Source: Eledone cirrhosa
Lineage: Eukaryota
Assembly (NCBI GenBank): GCA_964016885.1
Contig: OZ024742.1
Location: 326,368,001 to 326,432,000, forward strand
DNA: 64,000 nt
Direction of reading: 5' to 3'
The position numbers and the translations under genes were made by a program. This document shows positions 58,961 through 64,000 of this stretch, one piece after another (the first letter of the stretch is position 1; every line of letters begins with the position of its first letter). The notes beneath the pieces are model-generated. The model saw only the letters and a program-made list of their open reading frames with translations. It did not search any database and was not told the origin of the DNA.

Positions 58961-60335
58961 ACGGTTGCAGTTTGCATCGGTCCCACATTCCGTTCCTCTA
59001 ACCATGAATTGGTACTATGAGCCGGTATCGTTCATCAGAGAAAGCAAGGCGACAACGTTGTGTAACTACACTTTAGTTAAGGTTTACTATTGAATTAAAG
59101 GTCTTCCCTGCTGGAGAGAAAAATGCCATTTTGGAGTTGTCTTTAACATTTTGTTTTAATTTCAGGCCTGCTTGGCGTGAATAATGTGTGAAATTCACTA
59201 AGAAGCTTAGTTATATATTTATTAAATACAGTGGACTTAGAGACGTCATATAAATTAGCAATGTCAATGTCTTATTACCTTTTAACGTTCTTTAGCAGAC
59301 ATTTGCCAGCTTAAATTGACACAGCTAGAAACTTAATCATTATACATTGAATAGCAAAATGCTGTGTACAAATCTTCTTCAAATAAAAGAATATTTAACG
59401 CTGTTTGCTTCTTTTACATAGCGGACTATAAAAATATCATTTTTATGTCTTAGAATTTTGAGGAAAATTTAATTTGGTAAAGTATTGGATACAACTTAAA
59501 ACTTAGATCATTTTTTATTTATATTTCTGATTAGAAATAGAATTTAAGCCATACATTTGCTGGTCGCCGTTTTCCAGTCGTAGCTTCTTTCTTTCATCAG
59601 ATAAAGTAGTTGAAACACCACAGGAAACACCGTAATATAAAAGAAATGCCATCAAAACCTTAATGCTCTTAAGTGTGACATGTTGTTGAAATAAAAGATT
59701 GAAAGCTCTTCTTTTAAAATTAAGAAAATAAAGAGCTTAGTGACTGAGAATTAAGACTTAGCAACAATTATTAACCATATCCTTAAAATAAAATTTTAAA
59801 TATCATTCAAGAAATTTCAGAACAGAGTTTTAACAATTAATCCAACGGTGCTTTTTCTATTTTTATATGATGTATTCTAGTACTTAGTAGTGTGAAGAAG
59901 AATGTGTTACTGAATGAAGTATCTCCAAAGAATACAGGCATTTCTACGAGCTATGACCTAAAAATACAATGATAATAATCAGTTGAAATCATTGTCTCAG
60001 ATTTTAAAAGGAAAAGCAAAGAAAAAATGTAATAACGTCATAGTTGCTTATATTAATATTTAATATCAGGGAATGACGTGAATCACGTTTATGATTGAAA
60101 TACATTCACACAATAATTAATTAGCAGGACCCTGTGGTCAATACAAGAATTCGCTATCCAAAGAATCCTCTAATTCCATTGTTTTTATGTGATTTGAAGG
60201 AGGTCGAAATGAAAGAATAGTTTGAGCTTGAACATTTCTTCCAGCTCTCTTTGTTCTAAGTAACAATTCCACAGTGGTCCACTTTCCTTTTCTTTCATTG
60301 TCAATAAGAAAAGTGGTAGCTTAGTGTGGGTAACG

Positions 60336-60632
60336 TTCTCTCTCTCTCTTTCTCACCCTCTCTCTCTGTCTCTCTCTCTTTCTTTCTTTCTTTCTCTCTC
60401 TTTCTTTCTCTGTCTCTCTCTCCCTCTCTTTCTTTCCCTCTATTTCTTTCCCTCTATTTCTCTCTATCTCTTTCTCTTTCTCTCCCTCACTCTCTTTCTG
60501 CCTCTCTCTATCTATTTTCTCTCCCTCTCTCTATCTAATTCTTTCTCTCTCTCTATCTAATTCTTTCTCTCTCTCTATCTATCTATTTTTCTCTCGTTCT
60601 CTTAATCTCGCTCTCTTTATCTCTCTCTCTCC
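60336..60632. repeat. Polypyrimidine (CT/CTTT)n tract
   Basis: Visible. Confidence 0.95.
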
Positions 60633-60796
60633 TTCCAGCAGTCATATCCGGGGTGCTCACTGAACCAAGGAAGGAAGTGTTGAGAGAGAGCCTCTCAGGC
60701 TGGTACTGCATGGACACCTAAACCCTTAGCAAACTTATGGTACATACTACCAATTTCTCCTCGATTAGGAATGACTGCAATTTAGCATTTTTGTAT

Positions 60797-60909
60797 GGTT
60801 CAAATCCCGTCCAGGTTAACTTTGCCTTTCATCCTTACGGGGTCGATAAAATAAAGTACCAGTAATGTACTGGATAATTGCTGGCCTTGTGCCAAAAGTA
60901 GAAACAATT
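60797..60909 (+). mobile_element. 5'-truncated family A SINE
   Basis: GGTTCAAATCCC..GCCAAAAGTAGAAACAATTA. Confidence 0.9.
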
Positions 60910-61045
60910 AGTGTATGGATATATTTTCTGCTCCGATTGACAGATTCTTTTGGTTTAGATACACAGATGAAAGATTTTGCTGAAATCACAAGACTGTGAT
61001 AAGGCATCTACGAAATAAATATATTTCTTCATTTTTATTTATAAA

Positions 61046-61330
61046 GCCACGTGGCTGAGTGAGGATGTTCGGCGAACGATCATAAAATCTTAAATTCGAA
61101 TTCCGATGCGTTTTGTTCTTGAGAAATAAATTTTATTTCCCGTTGCATCACTCCAGAGATTGTAAAAATGACTTTTACCGGTATTTCAAAACGCCAGCCT
61201 TCTCAAATACCATATCACGCAGAAAATCATCCTCGTGGAATTCTGAGCGTCTTGCACGTTAATTTACGAGCAGATTGATACTTTAGCCAAACAAATGGAA
61301 TACACGTCGTCGGAATCATTGGAGATTCAA
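61046..61330 (+). mobile_element. Decayed family B SINE, alternative tail
   Basis: CGTGGCTGAGTG head, TTCTTGAG..TTTATTTCCCGTTGC core, tail as at 39740. Confidence 0.6.
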
Positions 61331-61341
61331 CAACAAAATAT

Positions 61342-61564
61342 AATTATTGTTTTCTGATTTAGGCACAAGGTTAACAATTTTGGGGGAGGAGAAAGGCGAT
61401 TAAATCGACCCCAGTTCATTACTTGTACTTTATTTTATCAACCCCGGAAGGATGAAAGACAAAACTAACCTCCGAAGGATTTGAACTCAGATGTTAAAGG
61501 TCCGTAACTATCTGCCATAAAGCATGTTGTCCGTCGCTCCCCCGTTACTGCCAATCCACTGCCC
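61342..61564 (-). mobile_element. Family A SINE, full length (long-tail variant)
   Basis: Family A sequence with the CGATTAAATCGACCCCAG insert. Confidence 0.9.
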
Positions 61565-61650
61565 TTTATATCAATACTTATTTTTTGATTTCTGTTACAA
61601 TTTTCCTAACTTATTTGTACTATTAATTCTTTAATCATTAACAATCATTG

Positions 61651-61741
61651 CTAACCATTGCTAACCATTTTTCATTTTTCTTATTTCTTACAGGTGAGTA
61701 AAATTGTCTTTCTTTTGGGAAGAACAGGAATAACAGTAAGT
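61651..61741 (+). promoter_or_regulatory. Candidate recursive splice site with cryptic 42-nt RS-exon (61694-61735)
   Basis: Two GCTAAC branch motifs, TTTTTCATTTTTCTTATTTCTTACAG|GTGAGT, downstream ACA|GTAAGT at 61736. Confidence 0.6.
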
Positions 61742-62068
61742 AATAATAATAACAATCTAAACTACATTTGGTATAATTTTTTCTTCTTTTTACTTCTTTT
61801 TACTTCTTTTTACTTCTCTGATATCCGTTTTTTTCTTTGGTTTTCTGTATCGTATTCGGACATAAAATATAGCGATTTTATAAACGTTTTTTGCAGCAGA
61901 CAGGTTATTACAGTTTCCTATCTGTGGTTTCATTCATTTCTTTCAAGCATCTCATTAGGATGTCGAAACCAGTAACCTGTTAGCTTTAAATGTAAACAAA
62001 ATACTTGTAAATATATTCCCGAACATACAAGCATGTGAACTAAAGAAACCATCATAAAGAAATTATTA

Positions 62069-62395
<327 letters not shown>

Positions 62396-62742
62396 TTTCT
62401 ATTAATACCCCGTCGCTTCGCTGCGGGTAAAAATATTTGTTAATCATGTACTTACCTTCATAAATTATTCAAATAATGTTTAGATTGTGTTTCTCGGTGA
62501 AGATTATTAACAATTTCAATACTGTTGAACAGTCTATCTATATATATTATAAAAGTGAAAATGTTTCTCGCTAAGCTGTTGTTGTTTTATACAAATGGAT
62601 GGTTTGCACACAACAGTGGAAAAGACGCTGACAAATTCAGAGAAAACGTTTCTTAACGAAAGTTATTCAAATATATCAATTTGTTATTATGACGTCACCG
62701 TAGTGTTGAATTACGTTTTAAACTAATTATTTGGAAGTATGT

Positions 62743-63420
62743 GGTGGAATGGCAGTATCAGTAGAGGGTCGGACGCCATGCTTTGCAGCATATAGTTACG
62801 CCCCTTTATGATCTGAGTTCAAATCCCACCGAGGTTTGCTTTGCCTTTCATCCTTACGGGCTCGTTAAAATAAAGCACCAGTAAGGCAGTATCTAGAATA
62901 AGGACGGGTTGGAAGAAGTTTAGGGAGCTGCTTCCTCTGTTGACAAAGAAGGGTTTCTACCTGCGTACGAAAGAACGGTTATTTGATGCCTGTGTGAGAT
63001 GCACGATGCTGCATGGTAGTGAGACATGGGCACCAACTGCAGAGGAAATGCGACGGCTGGAGAGAAATGAAGCAAGCATGCTCCGTTGAATGTGCAATGT
63101 CAATGTGCGTGAACGACCAAGCATAGATGAGTTGAGAAAAAACTGGATATAAGAGGGATAAGTTGTGGTGTGCAGGAGAGAAGACTGAGATGGTATGGAC
63201 ATGTGATGCGCATGGGGGATGACCGCTGGGTAAAGAAGTGCCAAGAAATCCCGGTAGAAAGAAGACGCAGTAGAGGAAGACCACGAAAAACATGGGCCGA
63301 GGTTGAATAGGACCCGTCCCACCCTTGCAAGCAGGAACAAGCGGACATAAAATGATGATGATTATGATGATGAATGCACTGGTGTAATTGTTGGCCTTGT
63401 GCCAAAAGTAGAAACATTAT
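62743..63420 (+). mobile_element. Family A SINE (62743-62884 + 63373-63420) split by an RTE insertion
   Basis: Consensus CCAGTA|ATGCACTGG is interrupted by the LINE fragment. Confidence 0.85.
62885..63372 (+). mobile_element. RTE/BovB-like LINE 3' fragment with (ATG)n tail
   Basis: RIRTGWKKFRELLPLL..MLHGSETW..RRLRWYGHVMRM..RGRPRKTW. Confidence 0.88.
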
Positions 63421-63422
63421 TT

Positions 63423-63598
63423 GGCAGTTTCTTACGTCTCTTTACTTTCTGAGTTCAATTCCTGCCAAGGTTAACTTAGTCTTACATTCTTACGAGGTCG
63501 ATAAATAAAGCACCAGTATTGCACTGGAGTTGATTTGATCGACTTACCTCTCCCTTTCTAATTGTGGGTTCTCTGCCTAAAGTAGACACAATTATGAT
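63423..63598 (+). mobile_element. Family A SINE, 5'-truncated, long-tail variant
   Basis: TTCTGAGTTCAATTCC..GAGGTCGATAAATAAAGCACCAG. Confidence 0.8.
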
Positions 63599-63722
63599 TG
63601 GTGTGGTCCATGGTTTACACAGTAAATGTTATAATTACTGTCAGTCGAGTCTCACCAAAGATCTTAGTAGAAAGTTCTTTCCTGAGTATCTGTGCAGTGG
63701 CCAACAGAACAGTTTATATATA

Positions 63723-63847
<125 letters not shown>

Positions 63848-64000
63848 TGAGACAAGTTGTGAGAGTGAGAGGGAGTGGGATATAGAGACGTGTATGTGTG
63901 CATGTGAGTGCGTCTTTCCTTGATTATGTCGTGTCCTTTTAAATACAGTAACTCATTAATTACTTGAAATAGGTCGCTACAGTCAGTGCAATTCTAAAAA

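Noticed and set aside
59140-59170. Isolated plus-strand acceptor TTTTGTTTTAATTTCAG (similar one near 10553)
   Set aside because: No convincing paired donor or coding frame; such motifs are common in AT-rich DNA

Overview
AT-rich, microsatellite-dense eukaryotic DNA. The SINE families and very long (TA)n/(CATA)n tracts suggest an octopod cephalopod (inference, not database-checked). I found no host protein-coding exon; nearly all ORFs in the track are microsatellite or antisense artefacts. Mobile content: a young, GC-rich, 5'-truncated Tx1/L1-clade LINE (24196-28509, minus) inserted in a (TCTG)n tract with a 15-bp TSD; three decayed Penelope-like elements, two of them Naiad-type; RTE, R4/Dong-like and mariner fragments; hAT, piggyBac-like and Helitron-type non-autonomous elements; and about 25 tRNA-derived SINEs of two families. 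Most notable: (1) a textbook recursive-splice (ratchet) site at 61693/61694, with branch point, pyrimidine tract, CAG|GTGAGT and a cryptic 42-nt exon closed by GTAAGT, suggesting the window lies in a giant plus-strand intron; (2) a set of short fold-back elements sitting in microsatellites, some carrying hammerhead-ribozyme cores and most sharing a GTAT(T/C)GAGTAC..TGGT tail motif; (3) several retroelement classes each embedded in a different microsatellite.
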